From: Phoronis australis | Lineage: Eukaryota; Animalia; Phoronida | NCBI GenBank assembly: GCA_002633005.1 | Contig: NMRA01000002.1 | Span: forward strand, 1,891,023 to 1,955,022 | Direction: 5' to 3' | DNA length: 64,000 nt | In this document: positions 1 through 27,788 of the stretch, in pieces | How positions within the stretch are numbered: the first letter of the stretch is position 1 | How the letters are laid out: every line of letters begins with the position of its first letter | Made by a program: the position numbers and the translations under genes | Notes under the pieces: model-generated | Seen by the model: the letters and a program-made list of their open reading frames with translations, nothing else | Databases searched by the model: none | What the model was told of the DNA's origin: nothing

Positions 1-2753
1 TTACGCTACTGCAAGTTGTTCTAGGGTAAGTGTGTGTGTGGACCGGACATTTTAGGTTTTCTAATGGCATGGTTAAACCATTGAAAGTTATACACTTTCG
101 GTCTCTCTAAGCAAAATGTTTTTACAGTAGCACTTAAACCGGAATAAGTCCAACGCTTGTGACCAACTCAAATGTTGCAAAATCATTATCATGAATAAAA
201 CGAGTAACTGATTTGCAAATACATGCATGCATAGCATCAATGCTTGTTTGAAGAGAGCTAGACCGTCTTCGTGCAGATACGTATTTTGTAAGCACGACCA
301 ACCTAAATGATTAATTTAAGCTGCCCAGCAAATGCGCTATCTTCGCAGGCATCTTTGAACTAGAGGTTTGATTCACTAGAGAGCACATGTCAAACAGGAT
401 ATTACTAAAGCGCTATCACACAACTGAAATCAAGATACGAAGCATCAAATATTAACATGTACAACTTCTCATAGGGCAACTCTCAGGAGTAGTGTGACCT
501 AATTACAGAGTATCAGGTGCTAATTACAGAGTACAGGGCTTGGAATGACCAATGACACAGTTGTTGGCTTTTGTAGCATGCTGCATCCTTTAAAGATTTC
601 AGCTTTGTTTACGATTGACTAGATCCAAACTATACAAACAGTGAATAGCTTTACTTTTTTATTAAGTTCCAGTATATAAATTAAGAGTCTTTTGTCCATA
701 TAAGACAGATGGCAATTTCAGCTGGAACCTTACTCACCAAACACAATAACATTTTCCACTGCTTGCTAAAGGTTTTTTGATAAAATATTTGAACTCTTCC
801 TGTACACTTGGGTGTCAAAAAACTGTATAGTATGGCTGCAGCCTATCTGTTCAGTGCCACCTAAGGTCACATAGTTTGTGTGCAAAAAATAAACATAATA
901 AATATTCAGCCCAATCAGAATCGGAGGTAATATCTCAATTATTACTGGTCAATAACAGCTTCAGATTTTTCAGGACATCACATCAAATCTGAATGTGTTA
1001 GTGAATACATAAGTTGATGACCTCTGTAACGGCCAGTCATCATGTCCACCAGTAAGAAATGTCATCGATCACTACTGCTTGAAAGGATATTATTTCTATG
1101 GATTAGGATTTTTGTTTGGGTGACTTGCTGTCAGAAAGCGATTAAAAAAGCCTACTTATCTCAATACTTGAACTTTACTGCCATTGGCTAAGCACTTTCT
1201 AATAACATTTCCAAGAAAAAAGAATTCCAACTTGGTAGAAACTTTCGTTAGTGCTAATTTCGTCTTGAGCTATTATTGTCCATTTTAAAGTCGAAAGCAA
1301 ACACTGCCAAGAAATGAGACACCTATCACACATTTGATATAATAAAAAATTTTAGGCGAGAAAAACTCCGAATTGGCAACCTAAGATTTTACCTCACTCA
1401 CTAGTTGTGACTTCAGGGTAAAATATTTGACACTAGAGTACAATCACCCTGCCATCACAACGTAATGGACAAAGTTCCCGTTTTGGAATTACTTGACTGT
1501 TTTACTTAATGATTGTTAAACAAATCCACCAAACCACAAGTCAGGAAATTAATAGTTGTCAATAAAACTAAGGAAACTAAGACTAATTGCCTTTCATGAA
1601 TGTATAAATTGTCTTGCAGACCATGTAGGTCAGCTGATCAGTTATGGCACAGTACTAAGATCAGGGCTAGCAATAAACAGTGTTTAGAATGTAGACAAAG
1701 TATGTCTACATTCTAAATGCTGTCTGACAAAGGAATCATGGTGGTATTGAACTTTCAATGTTAAAGAAGTTCATTAAAAAGACCAAATTCAATTTACAAA
1801 CAAATCTTATTTTGTTTGGTTATGATGGTTTTCAGTATATTTTGACTCAAAAGTCATCTCCGGCTCCCAGAGTTAATTATCAGCAGGCAAGTTACCCAGA
1901 CGATTACCAACTTTCTGCCTGCGGTCACAAGTCAGTAGTAACCACAACGTCGACAAGTGTAGGTTAATTGTTGCAAACTAGAAAAAAGAGTGCAGGTGAC
2001 CTGATGCCTTTTGCAGTACACAAGACAAGCTTATGTCGCAAGACTGGGCCCATTACATGAATCACCTGATTATGACTCTCGGGAACCCCACATCAACAGT
2101 TTCCTCGGGTAAAATGTTCCATTCTGCCCGTTTGTTTCAGAAAGACAGGTTTACTATCTGGTTATAGCATCACGTGGCTACGTTTTCCAATTCAGTTTAT
2201 AAACAACAAGACATGTTTATCATGAAACCCAAAGACATCATTCATGTACACAATCAATCAGTCAATTAAAAGTTACCGGACAAACGAAGATGAGAATGAA
2301 ACGGATTTGGCATGGTTTGCACGATGACAATTTGCCGCGTTAATTATTCGAAGGGTCAAAGCTAGATTCTGTGCGTTATGATCAAGATGCAAGGAAAGGC
2401 ATAGAGACACAATGTGCTCATTGTCCAAAATAATACACTGGTTTCCAAAAACAGACCTTACCAAAAATATCTTCTCTGTGAATGAGATTTGAGAAACTAA
2501 CAAGGAAAACAATACAGTAAAAATGGAGGTTCTCTCCTGGACGTTACACAATGATAACGTTAAGGGAAGCATTTGTGCAAAACAAAAACTTCTCTTTGTC
2601 ATTTAATCTCTAAATTTTCCAAACAAAAATTCAATTTATGCATTAAATTAGTACTTTTATTAGAAAATGTTCATATTGTTTGTTTTGTATCTTGTATTTG
2701 TTTAAATAAGTATCCACAACAATATTTTCAATTCTTTTTTTATATCCACTAAA

Positions 2754-2906
2754 ATGGCCGCCCCCATGGATGTAGATTCTGATTTCATCGAAGATCAAGT
2801 GCTTTACTTTATTAATTCGGAGTTTGGTAGTGACATTAAGCAGCTGGTGAAAGCAAGACAGATTTTAGAGAAAGCAAAGGACACAAAGCAGTCTCTAGAA
2901 CAGAAG
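2754..2906 (+). CDS. RINT1: RINT1 exon 1, second copy (probably the other allele)
   Basis: MAAPMDVDSDFIEDQ...SLEQK|GTGCTA; differs from 5376-5528 at 2 of 153 nt (CTG/CTC synonymous; AAG/AGG K/R); lies in the N-joined duplicated block. Confidence 0.8.
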
Positions 2907-3562
2907 GTGCTACAAATCACGTTCATCTTTTTCATATTACTGCTAATGGTTGAAGTGAAGACTGATGAAGTACTGTGCCACGTCTTGCCCGACTTGACCG
3001 TCGACGTTACATTGGAATTAACTCAAGAATTCGAATTCTTTTTAATCTAGATTAAATTCCATAACCAAGGGCTATCATATTTGATCAGTCGTTTTTGGAC
3101 ATGATTATGCTCTAATTTAAAAAAATCCATGAGTTCTAAATTAATTGTTTCCAGACGGGCACCCAATTGCTCCTTTGTTATCGTAACCTGTGTCAAAGAG
3201 TCGAAGGAATACGTGAACAGTTAACTCAATATTTATTTGGTGAATAACATCACCAATAGTTAACAATTTTGGTTAAAGTTTACTTTAATTTATTAACTTG
3301 TAATTTGATTTAGTGCGGTGCAAGTTTTTATCAACATGAACGTGATTATTTGAGTCATATTTTGAGTGAACTTGTCAAGTCTCCTCGTGTATTCCAAGTT
3401 CACGCATAGGTGATCTTGAGATTAAGCAGAATTCCCCTGTTCCCACACAGCAGTGTTACATCTTAGTAGTCCTAATACCAACTAAAATCCCAATATGCTT
3501 AACCTGTCAAAGTCATGTTACTACTCTTTCGAGTGCAGATGGACACCTTTGGAGGCAGTTTG

Positions 3563-3884
3563 TAGGGAGGACAACGTTTTTTTAATTTTTTTTACAATAC
3601 CCATGTGTCATACATTTTTGAAAAGCCCTTGGTGTGAGAAATGAAATGGTACAAAAATCAGAAAAATTGAATGAGCGGTTGACGAGAAAATGGCCGTTGA
3701 AACGCGACGATTATGCGTAAAATATCTGCCTTTTTACATAATTTCGTAAAAAATAAAAGAATATACATGTGCTGCATATAAAAAGATTCGTCTAATTGAG
3801 ACAAACATGGTGGTATGTATTATATAAAATTTGGATCGATTTCTACCGAGATATTGCTGTTTAAGTGTGTTGTTATAGCATATA
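3563..3884. mobile_element. Start of an insertion present in only one copy, cut off by the contig join
   Basis: Copy 1 reads GCAGTTTG|TAGGGAGGAC..., copy 2 reads GCAGTTTG|AGTCTTGG; the extra DNA runs up to the N at 3885. Confidence 0.55.
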
Positions 3885-4300
3885 NGTGCTAATTTCGTCT
3901 TGAGCTATTATTGTCCATTTTAAAGTCGAAAGCAAACACTGCCAAGAAATGAGACACCTATCACACATTTGATAAAATAAAAATTTCAGGCGAGAAAAAC
4001 TCCGAATTGGCAACCTAACATTTTACCTCACTCACTAGTTGTGACTTCAGGGTAAAATATTTGACACTATAGTACAATCACCCTGCCATCACAACGTAAT
4101 GGGCAAAGTTCCCATTTTGGAATTACTTGACTGTTTTACTTAACGATTGTTAAACAAATCCACAAGTCAGGAAATGAATAGTTGTCAATAAAACTAAGGA
4201 AACTAGGACTAATTGCCTTTCATGAATACATAAATTGTCTTGCAGACCATGTAGGTCAGCTGATCAGTTATGGCACAGTGCTAAGATCAGGGCTGGCAAT

Positions 4301-4351
4301 AAACAGTGTTTAGAATGTAGACAAAGTTTGTCTACATTCTAAATGCTGTTT
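4301..4351. repeat. Near-perfect palindrome (other copy at 1675-1724)
   Basis: AAACAGTGTTTAGAATGTAGACAAA G TTTGTCTACATTCTAAATGCTGTTT: 25-nt arms, two G.T mismatches, 1-nt spacer. Confidence 0.85.
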
Positions 4352-5375
4352 GACAAAGGAATCATGGTGGTATTGAACTTTTAACGTTAAAGAAGTTCAT
4401 TAAAACGACCAAATTCAATTTACAAACAAATCTTATTTTGTTTGGTTATATGGTTTTCAGTATATTTTGACTCAAAAGTCATCTCCGGCTCCCAGAGTTA
4501 ATTATCAGCAGGCAAGTTACCCAGACGATTACCAACTTTCTGCCTGCGGTCACTAGTCAGTAGTCACCACAACGTCGACAAGCGTAGGTTAATTGTTGCA
4601 AACTAGAAAAAAGGGTGCAGGTGACCTGATGCCTTTTGCAGTGCATCAGACAAGCTTATGTCGCAAGGCTGGGTCCATTACATGAATCACCTGATTATGA
4701 CTCACGGGAACCCCACACCAACGGTTTCGTCGGGTAAAATCTTCCATTCTGCCCGTTTGTTCAGAAAGACAGGTTTACTATCTGGTCATAGCATCACGTG
4801 GCTACGTTTTCGGATTCAGTTTATAAACAACAAGACGTTTATCATGAAACTCAAAGACATCATTCATTTGCACAATCGATAAGTCAATAAAAAGTTACCG
4901 GACAAACGAAGATGAGAATGAAACGGATTTGGCATGGTTTGCACGATGACAATTTGCCGCGTTAATTATTCGAAGAGTCAAAGCTAGATTCTGTGCGTTA
5001 TGATCAAGATGCAAGGAAAGGCATAGAGACACAATGTGCCCATTGTCCAAAACAATACACTGGTTTCCAAAAACAGACCTTACCAAAAATATCTTCTCTG
5101 TGAATGAGATTTGAGAAACTAACAAGGAAAACAATACAGTAAAAATGGAGGTTCTCTCCTGGACGTTATACAATGATAACGTTAAGGGAAGCATTTGTGC
5201 AAAATAAAAACTTCTCTTTGTCATTTAAGCTCTAAATTTTCCCAAAAAAACTTCTATTTATGCATTAAATTAGTATTTTGATTAGCTATTGTTCATATTT
5301 TTTATTTTACATCTTGTATTTGATTAAATAAGTATCCACAATAATATTTTCAATTCTTTTTTTATATCCACTAAA

Positions 5376-20093
<14,718 letters not shown>

Positions 20094-21181
20094 GGTCTTT
20101 GAGCTCAAAATTAAGCTTGAGAATAGAATAATAGCTCGTTCGGGTTTGTGATTTTTATTGGAAAGCAGATAAAATGTCTGGTGAGAGGGTAACTGTGATG
20201 CTTAAAATGAGTGTTCACAAAGGTGTCTTATCTGCCGACTTACCAGTATTTAAATAACTTTAGATATGTATGGTAAAAATTAAAATTGCCATGATTTTTC
20301 TGTTTTTCAGCGGCGTACCACATTGTTGCAAATGTTAAAAATTTTACCAAATATTGTATTGTAGTAGCTAAACCATACCAACCATGCTGATAGCAAAGTG
20401 AATTTTCCTAAAAAGTTATTTTTGTTGTGAAATTTGACAAAATGAAGTTTCATCTGTCTGCCATATTGTGTCCCAAACTGAAGAATTTTTACCGTAAAAT
20501 GCTAATTTTCTGGCCAATTACATGTGCTTCCATGGGCGCTCAGGACCTAATCACAAATCACACCATTGTAATGTAGGGAACAAGGCAGATGTCTGGCGAG
20601 CAGTCTCCTGATTTTTCAGACAGTGGATCACACGTTCGATCTGCTTTCTGATTTGATGGCTTGTGAACTCTGTATAAAAGTGCAGCTCTGGAAATGTTTT
20701 ACCAAACTGAACAACAGCGGGGTCAGAGAATGTTTTAAAGTGGATATGAGATGTGAAGATCAAAGTCAAATCAGATGTTGAAACTTTGAACCTAGTAGTA
20801 CATTAGTTCCAAAACATCATCGCAACAATAAATTACGTTTTTGAAAACTAATCTGAGCCCAGGGTCTAATCACTGAAGTCAGACTCTACTGAGTCGCAGA
20901 CTGTTGTAGCCAATGACGTTACATGGTTTTTTGCACGGATATGTAAGTTTAATTGAAACATGCCATTCAGTTGTCAACTTTTCATTCTGTTTTGAGTACA
21001 AAGATTCCACTTTGGGCTCTGGACTTCGTAACAGTCAGCAAACTCTACTCAGTTCATAATTTAATTTTTGAAAAAGTAGGAACCCCGCTGTTTGGCAATT
21101 ATTTTGGTGCTATCCTATAATTTTCGTTGATGTATATGTTGTGCTGTGTGTTTGTTATTTATTTTTAATTCTGTGAATGAA

Positions 21182-21497
21182 TTAAAGCTGCATTTTGCCT
21201 CATTTAGCTGGCTAAAGATGCAAATTAAGTTAGACCTTCCACTCTCATAAAATTGGTCTCATAATATAAGGATACTGTGACGGGATTCTACTTTAGTTAC
21301 CGACTCAAGTGGTGTACATATTTCATTTTTGAATTTGCAATTTTAGGGTTGGTGAACCCCAATAAAGTATGAAGCATTTTCCAGAGTTGTTGATGAAGTC
21401 CTGTCACTGAAAGGAATATTATAAGATCAATTTTATTAGAGTAAAAGTCCAAATTCTATTTTCATATCAGCCAGCTAAACATGGCAAACTGCAGCTT
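21182..21497. mobile_element. MITE with AAGCTGCA...TGCAGCTT ends downstream of the RINT1 stop codon
   Basis: Left AAGCTGCATTTTGCCTCATTTAGCTGGCT versus right reverse complement AAGCTGCAGTTTGCCATGTTTAGCTGGCT; a related end occurs near 14520 (AAAGCTCCAGTTTGCCCCAATTAGCTGGCT). Confidence 0.7.
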
Positions 21498-22889
21498 GGT
21501 TATGTACGGTAGAACAATTACTTGTTATATGTTCTCTCTCAGCAACTTGTTTGTAATATAGCCAATAGAGGGCGTGCATTTTATCTTATAATTCCTTCCC
21601 AGTTGATAGAGATGTATGTTATTTAATATAATGAGCTTGTGTTTTGTCTGTAACAATTATTTATGATGTAACATTGTTAAGCCTGCTGCATCGTGACTTT
21701 CATTGGTGGGAAATCGTTTTCTTACTTCTCAATAGGTGACACTACATGCATACCTATCACCTGTTGCTGGTGTGTTATGGAATGACTTTAAACATTGCTT
21801 AAACTGTAAAATGGGGATTGTAATCAGTCACTCCTACTGTGGTTTCTCTGTGCTTCCACTTCCTAACATTTTGATTAAGTCAAAGTTAATGGTTCCAAAT
21901 CCCATTTGAGGGTCTTGACTCGTTTCTTTGCTTAGTATAATGTGTTCAACAACAGGAGTGCTCTGGAAGCTCCAGGTTATCCTAAAGGTGGAGCAACCTC
22001 TGCAGTTTTTGAAGGAAAATGCCCAATGTATGTCATAGAATGCCATGTCGTGGCATTTTGGCCGTGTTCATGGGTTGGCTTGCCCCACAATGGAATTATT
22101 GTAAATGGGATGAAATAAAATTCAAATCTGTGACACTTGTTTGAATTTTAGGTGCACCTGTCGCCTTGCTATTTTAAGTGTCATCTGTGAAACTGGTTTG
22201 ATGTTGCAAAACTTCGTGAAAATCGAACTTTGCATTTCAAAGTCGTCAGTGTGGGTTTAACTATACCATGTTTATAATACAACAGAATAGTTGCAATAAA
22301 TCTAAGCACCGTAAGCAGAGAAGCTTTATATCTGGGTCCTGCGTACTATTCAACTGGTCAAAGGGTGGACGGTGATTCAACTGTGCGGTTTTACCTTAGT
22401 CTGGTACCAATTTGGTATTGCCGAGAATCTTGAAAAATAAGGGATTATAAAGCTGGGTTGTAAAGTTCATGTCTTTTGTTTGCGTCTACAACTCGGTCGT
22501 AGATCATGGAGCAAGACTTGTATGAGAGCCCTGGGGATCTGGGTCTCCTATTTCCTTTGCCATGGAAAGGTCTAAGACGATTTGGTGCGACTGCTGTGTG
22601 GGTGTGCGCGAGAGGTTTTTTGTTTTGTTTGTTTTTGAAACGGGTCGTCGGTGGGTGATTTTTCGATCTGGTAGACACCGCCTTTGTTGGTCCCATTTTA
22701 GCGTTGGATTTTCATTATTTTTTGAATCCTGATAAAATTCCAGTGACCCCAAAATCACGAGTTCAACTGTCTGTCTGTCTGCAACCTTACATTACGGAAA
22801 AGTCCCAAGGCCACGTTTTTTTATGATTTCTGTTGGTTAAAACACAAGGTGCTATCGAGAGGACATCGCCCTGAAAATCACAAGTTAAC

Positions 22890-25508
22890 ACATGGCGCGT
22901 CCTATGAGTGTGAGAAGAATTTATCACCAACAAAACTTCATGAAAACCAGTTTAATATGCTGAGAAGAAAAACAAGTGACATGAAGGGGTTTATATGGCA
23001 TGTTTTTGTCTGTGTAAATGCGCAATGTTTCGAATAGTTGACACACGTTTTTAATTTCTATTTCATTTTGGTGTATCAAAAGTGAGTGAATTTCTCATTG
23101 AATGCTTCGACAAGCATTTGTTCCCAGTTCGTGCACTGCAAACGTGATTCGAATATACCGCTGGAAGTTTCTCAATAGACGACAAATGTTGGAAGTTCAC
23201 TACGTCCAAGCAAGTGAAGTTGCGTTAGTATTAGATTTAGATGGAGTAAAATTTTTGGTACCGGGGTTTTCCGCAGATAATCCCATGGGCGTGTATTGGG
23301 AATATGAAAATTTTCAGGCATTTCAGTAACACCAAATAAACGCCCGGGCGTTTATTCGGAAAGAGGTGGAGTGTAATCGGAAAGTCATTTTTTGCATGAA
23401 ACTCTTGTTTAATTTCAAGTAATAAATACATAGTTCGCCAGCATTTTGTTCCTTTTTATAAATGCTCTATGACAAAATTGAATTCGTGGCTAAAAGTTGT
23501 CACTAAGTGGGACATTTTCCTAATAAACGTCCTACTATCCGGACACTTGACATCAAAAGTTGTAACACGAAATAAACGAACATGGACGTTCATTCGGCAT
23601 AATTTTCCGAATAAACACCCATGGGCGTTTCAGCGGGTAGGCTTATCTACGTAAAATTCCGGTATCAGTTTTTTGTGCATAACCTGAAAGCTTTCGGGGT
23701 GTTATTTTGGAGACAAGGTTAATCCTGGGTTGGAAAGGACCTGAATTCATTGTGCGGCACGTTTTTAGGGAGTGCGCTCGGCGAAACTGATCCTGCCACT
23801 CGCGTATGTTGCGAGTAGACTGGCTCGCAAAGAGGTGAAAATTCGACACTCGAGGAATGATTTAACACCGTTATCGGATGTCACACATCTTCCCATGGCA
23901 AGTGCTCGGAACCAAAAAAACGAACTTAAAATTTATACAAACGGTCTCGCAAGTCATTTGTTTCTATTTTAGGCTCCTTCCAGGGGACGAAATAAACAGT
24001 GAAGCTATTAATTTTAGTCGATGTGCGTTTGTGCCGTGGTCTTTAGGAACACTTTGCTTTGTCTTAGTGATAGAAATTACGCCAGTGCACGTGTAAATGT
24101 ACTGATAAAAGTTGGAAAATAATTCCTTGCTTGTGAGAAGCACTTTTTCTTGTCCATAATTAATGAGCATGGGCNACATGGTGCGTCCTATGAGTGTGAG
24201 AAGTATTTATCACTAACAAAACTTCATGAAAATCAGTTTAATATGCTGAGAAGAAAAACAAGTGACATGAAGGGGTTTATATGGCATGTTTTTGTCTGTG
24301 TAAATGTGCAATGTTTCGAATAGTTGACACACGTTTATAATTTCTATTTCATTTTGGTGTATCAAAAGTGAGTGAATTTCTCAATGAATGCTTCGACAAG
24401 CATTTGTTCCCAGTTCGTGCACTGCAAACGTGATTCGAATAGATACCGCTGGAAGTTTCTCAATAGACGACAAATGTTGGAAGTTCACTACGTCCAAGCA
24501 AGTGAAGTTGCGTTAGTATTAGATTTAGATGGTAAAATTTTTGGTACCGGGGTTTTCCGCAGATAATCCCATGGGCGTGTATTCGGAATATGAAAATTTT
24601 CAGGCATTTCAGTAACACCAAATAAATGCCCGGGCGTTTATTCTGAAGGGGGGGGCGTGTAAACGGAAAGTCAGTCTTAGCTGATATGAAAATATCAGTG
24701 ATTTTTTGCATGAAACTGTGTTTTTTAATTTCAAGTTAATAAATACATAGTTCGCCAACATTTTATTCGTTTTTATAAATGATTAATGCTCTATGGCAAA
24801 ACTGAATTTGCGGCTAATAGTTGGCACTAAGTGGGCTTTTAAGAGGACATTTTCCGAATAAACGCCCTACTATCGGGACACTTGACACCAAAAGCTGTAA
24901 CACGAAATAAACGAACATGGACGTTCATTCGGCATAATTTCCGAATAAACACCCATGGGCGCTTATTTACGGAACATTCCGGTATCAGTTTTTTGTGCAT
25001 AATCTGAAAGTCTTCAGGGTGTTATTTTTGGAGACAAGATTAATCCTGGGTTGGGAAAAATGCCATGAAAGGACCTGAATTCATTGTGCGGCACGTTTTT
25101 AGGGAGTGCGCTCGGCGAAATTGACCTTGCGACTCGCGTACGCTGCGAGTAGACTGGCTCGCAAAGAGGTGAAAATTCGACACTCGAGGAATGATTTAAC
25201 ACCGTTATCGGATGTCACACATCTTCCCATGGCAAGTGCTCGGAACCAAAAAAACGAACTTAAAATTTATACAAACGGTCTCGCAAGTCATTTGTTTCTA
25301 TTTTAGGTTCCTTCCAGGGGACGAAATAAACAGTGAAGCTATTAATTTTAGTCGATGTGCGTTTGTGCCGTGGTCTTTAGGAACACTTTGCTTTGTCTTA
25401 GTGATAGAAATTACGCCAGCGCACGTGTAAATGTACTGATAAAAGTTGGAAAATAATTCCTTGCTTGTGAGAAGCACTTTTTCTTGTCCATAATTAATGA
25501 GCATGGGC
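22890..25508. repeat. Apparent 1.3-kb duplication (22890-24174 vs 24176-25508), probably uncollapsed haplotypes
   Basis: Colinear copies that abut exactly at the single N at 24175. Confidence 0.9.
24545..24984. mobile_element. TA-flanked Tc1/mariner/pogo-like MITE (other copy at 23259-23664)
   Basis: Begins TACCGG...CCCATGGGCGTGTATTCGGAA and ends TTCCGAATAAACACCCATGGG...CCGGTA; internal repeats of GAATAAAC(G/A)CCC in both orientations. Superfamily is inferred from the TA ends only. Confidence 0.7.
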
Positions 25509-25670
25509 CTTTCAGGTCTACTGTGTTTTTGAGAAAAGTTGGAACCTGGAATGTTGATCCGACTTTTTCTGGCCAAGTTGTGCAATTCTTAGGTGCATTT
25601 CTGCTGGGCATTCGACGTCTACAGACAAAACAACGTGTGGGAAAGAAGTGAACTCCAGAGTCGACACCTG

Positions 25671-25684
25671 CCACCAGGTGGCAC
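25671..25684 (+). promoter_or_regulatory. CTCF-like motif between the convergent genes
   Basis: CCACCAGGTGGCAC matches the CCASYAGRKGGCRS core; motif only. Confidence 0.4.
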
Positions 25685-26321
25685 CTGGTATCAAAGTTTT
25701 CGATGCATTCCATTCCAAGTCGTCGTATCTAAAGTGACAATTACAATAATTGGTGACGGACTTGATCAGCGCTAACCGAAACCGCAAGTTTTCTGTTGGC
25801 CTGTCTGAATTGTGTCGGCCAACGGATTTCCTTAATTGACGGTAATTTCTTTGTGTTTTTAAATAAATTTAGACTTAATCTGTGACGTAACATTGGGGGG
25901 AGTGTTGTGAGTTGAGTTGAAACTACCGCTGCCAAATTAGTAGTTAGTCGTATTTAAGTGAAAAATGACGTGCCGGTAAGTACCGAATGCGTGGTTCGAT
26001 TCTACATTAACCGTATGAATACCATATGCAAAGGTCCATTAAGGTGTCCAAGGATACAATTACATAAGAATTGCATGAGTAGGCTATTTCTCATAATTTC
26101 TTTGACGTGGGAACGCAAATGCACATGCTTAAAAATTTACCACGAAAGTAAATTTGTGCTTGCTCTGTGGGTGGTTCAAAAGTAAAATCGCACACAAGTA
26201 AAATTCGGGGGTTCTGCCATGAGGCGGAGTGTTCCGCCCGCGCCCTCGATTACATGTAGGTATGCTACTACAAAGTGCCCGGCTCCGGTGTTTTTTGGTA
26301 GGTGTGTTCCTGTTGGCTTTT

Positions 26322-27788
26322 ATGTTGTGCCTTCCGGGCTATATTTCATATTTTGAAAATTCAGTTTTGTTGACATAGCCACTGGGTTCAGAACAGAGTC
26401 TGGAGAATGCCAGTTTGAGTACGAGTAAGCCGTTTCACTTAGTGGAATCATCCCTGGGCTGTGTTTCGTAGACCCAAGAAACCCGACTGGTCACAAGGTA
26501 TCGCCGGGTATCGCGGGGTGTTACTAGCAAAGCTCGTGATCACACGAGAGGCCGAAGCAATTGGGGTCCGTTCAAGTTATAACCGATGGGAAATTCCGGT
26601 CCGCTTCAGCCTGTACTGTGACAATTTTGTTTCTAAATTACCGTTGAAGTGAGCGGATTATTTTGACCCGATTTTAGGTGATGAAATTGGTATAAAGATT
26701 AGCTGAGTGGGCAGCTGAAAGTAGTCTCTTTGAAACAGTTATTTAAAGGACATTTTTTATTTACTCTCTACACTGTACCTAAAATAGAAATTTTAAAGCA
26801 GATACAATTGACGCCTAAACCTTTTTCACACCTCCCCAAACACATCAATCAAATATCCAGCTACTAAACGGATTGATGACGGAGGTTGACAAATCAAATC
26901 CTTCGCCCCAAGTCAATGACAGGTGACCTACCGTTTTCTTTTGTTGGTTGCAATCATGTCAGTGCTGTTGGACGTTCGAGACACACAGTGAGAGAGTTGA
27001 TTCCGTGATTCGGATGTTTGATCATAAATGAAATTATGCAAATTTGGCATTTCNATGTTGTGCCTTCCGGGCTATATTTCATATTTTGAAAATTCAGTTT
27101 TGTTGACATAGCCACTGGGTTCAGAACAGAGTCTGGAGAATGCCAGTTTGAGTACGAGTAAACCGTTTCACTTAGTGGAATCATCCCTGGGCTGTGTTTC
27201 GTAGACCCAAGAAACCCGACTGGTCACAAGGTATCGCCGGGTATCGCCGGGTGTTACTAGCAAAGCTCGTGATCACACGAGAGGCCGAGGCAATTGGGGT
27301 CCGTTCAAGTTATAACCGATGGGAAATTCTGGTCCGCTTCAGCCTGTACTGTGACAATTTTGTTTCTAAATTACCGTTGAAGTGAGCGGATTATTTTGAC
27401 CCGATTTTAGGTGATGAAATTGGTATAAAGATTAGCTGAGTGGGCAGCTGAAAGTAGTCTCTTTGAAACAGCCTTATTTAAAGGACATTTTTTATTTACT
27501 CTCTACACTGTACCTAAAATAGAAATTTTAAAGCAGATACAATTGACGCCTAAACCTTTTTCACACCTCCCCAAACACATCAATCAAATATCCAGCTACT
27601 AAACGGATTGATGACGGAGGTTGACAAATCAAATCCTTCGCCCCAAGTCAATGACAGGTGACCTACCGTTTTCTTTTGTTGGTTGCAATCATGTCAGTGC
27701 TGTTGGACGTTCGAGACACACAGTGAGAGAGTTGATTCCGTGATTCGGATGTTTGATCATAAATGAAATTATGCAAATTTGGCATTTC
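26322..27788. repeat. Apparent 0.73-kb duplication (26322-27053 vs 27055-27788), probably uncollapsed haplotypes
   Basis: Almost identical copies that abut at the single N at 27054. Confidence 0.9.

Noticed and set aside
2273-5224. Twin 109-aa ORFs (2273-2602, 4895-5224) as a conserved gene pair
   Set aside because: Their identity follows from the allelic duplication; no recognisable domain; AT-rich promoter-proximal DNA.
20551-20769. ORF with FTSHQIRK as a tyrosine-recombinase remnant or EFCAB10 exon
   Set aside because: No downstream catalytic His/Tyr pattern, no EF-hand, and it lies just past the RINT1 stop in the probable 3' UTR.
20827-22300. RINT1 poly(A) site
   Set aside because: At least four AATAAA candidates (20827, 21361, 22114, 22295); none can be chosen without 3' end data.
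26380-26650. RNase MRP/P, U3, 7SK, SRP or hammerhead ribozyme
   Set aside because: The defining motifs (P4 pairing, C/D boxes, CTGATGA...GAAA core) could not be assembled on either strand.
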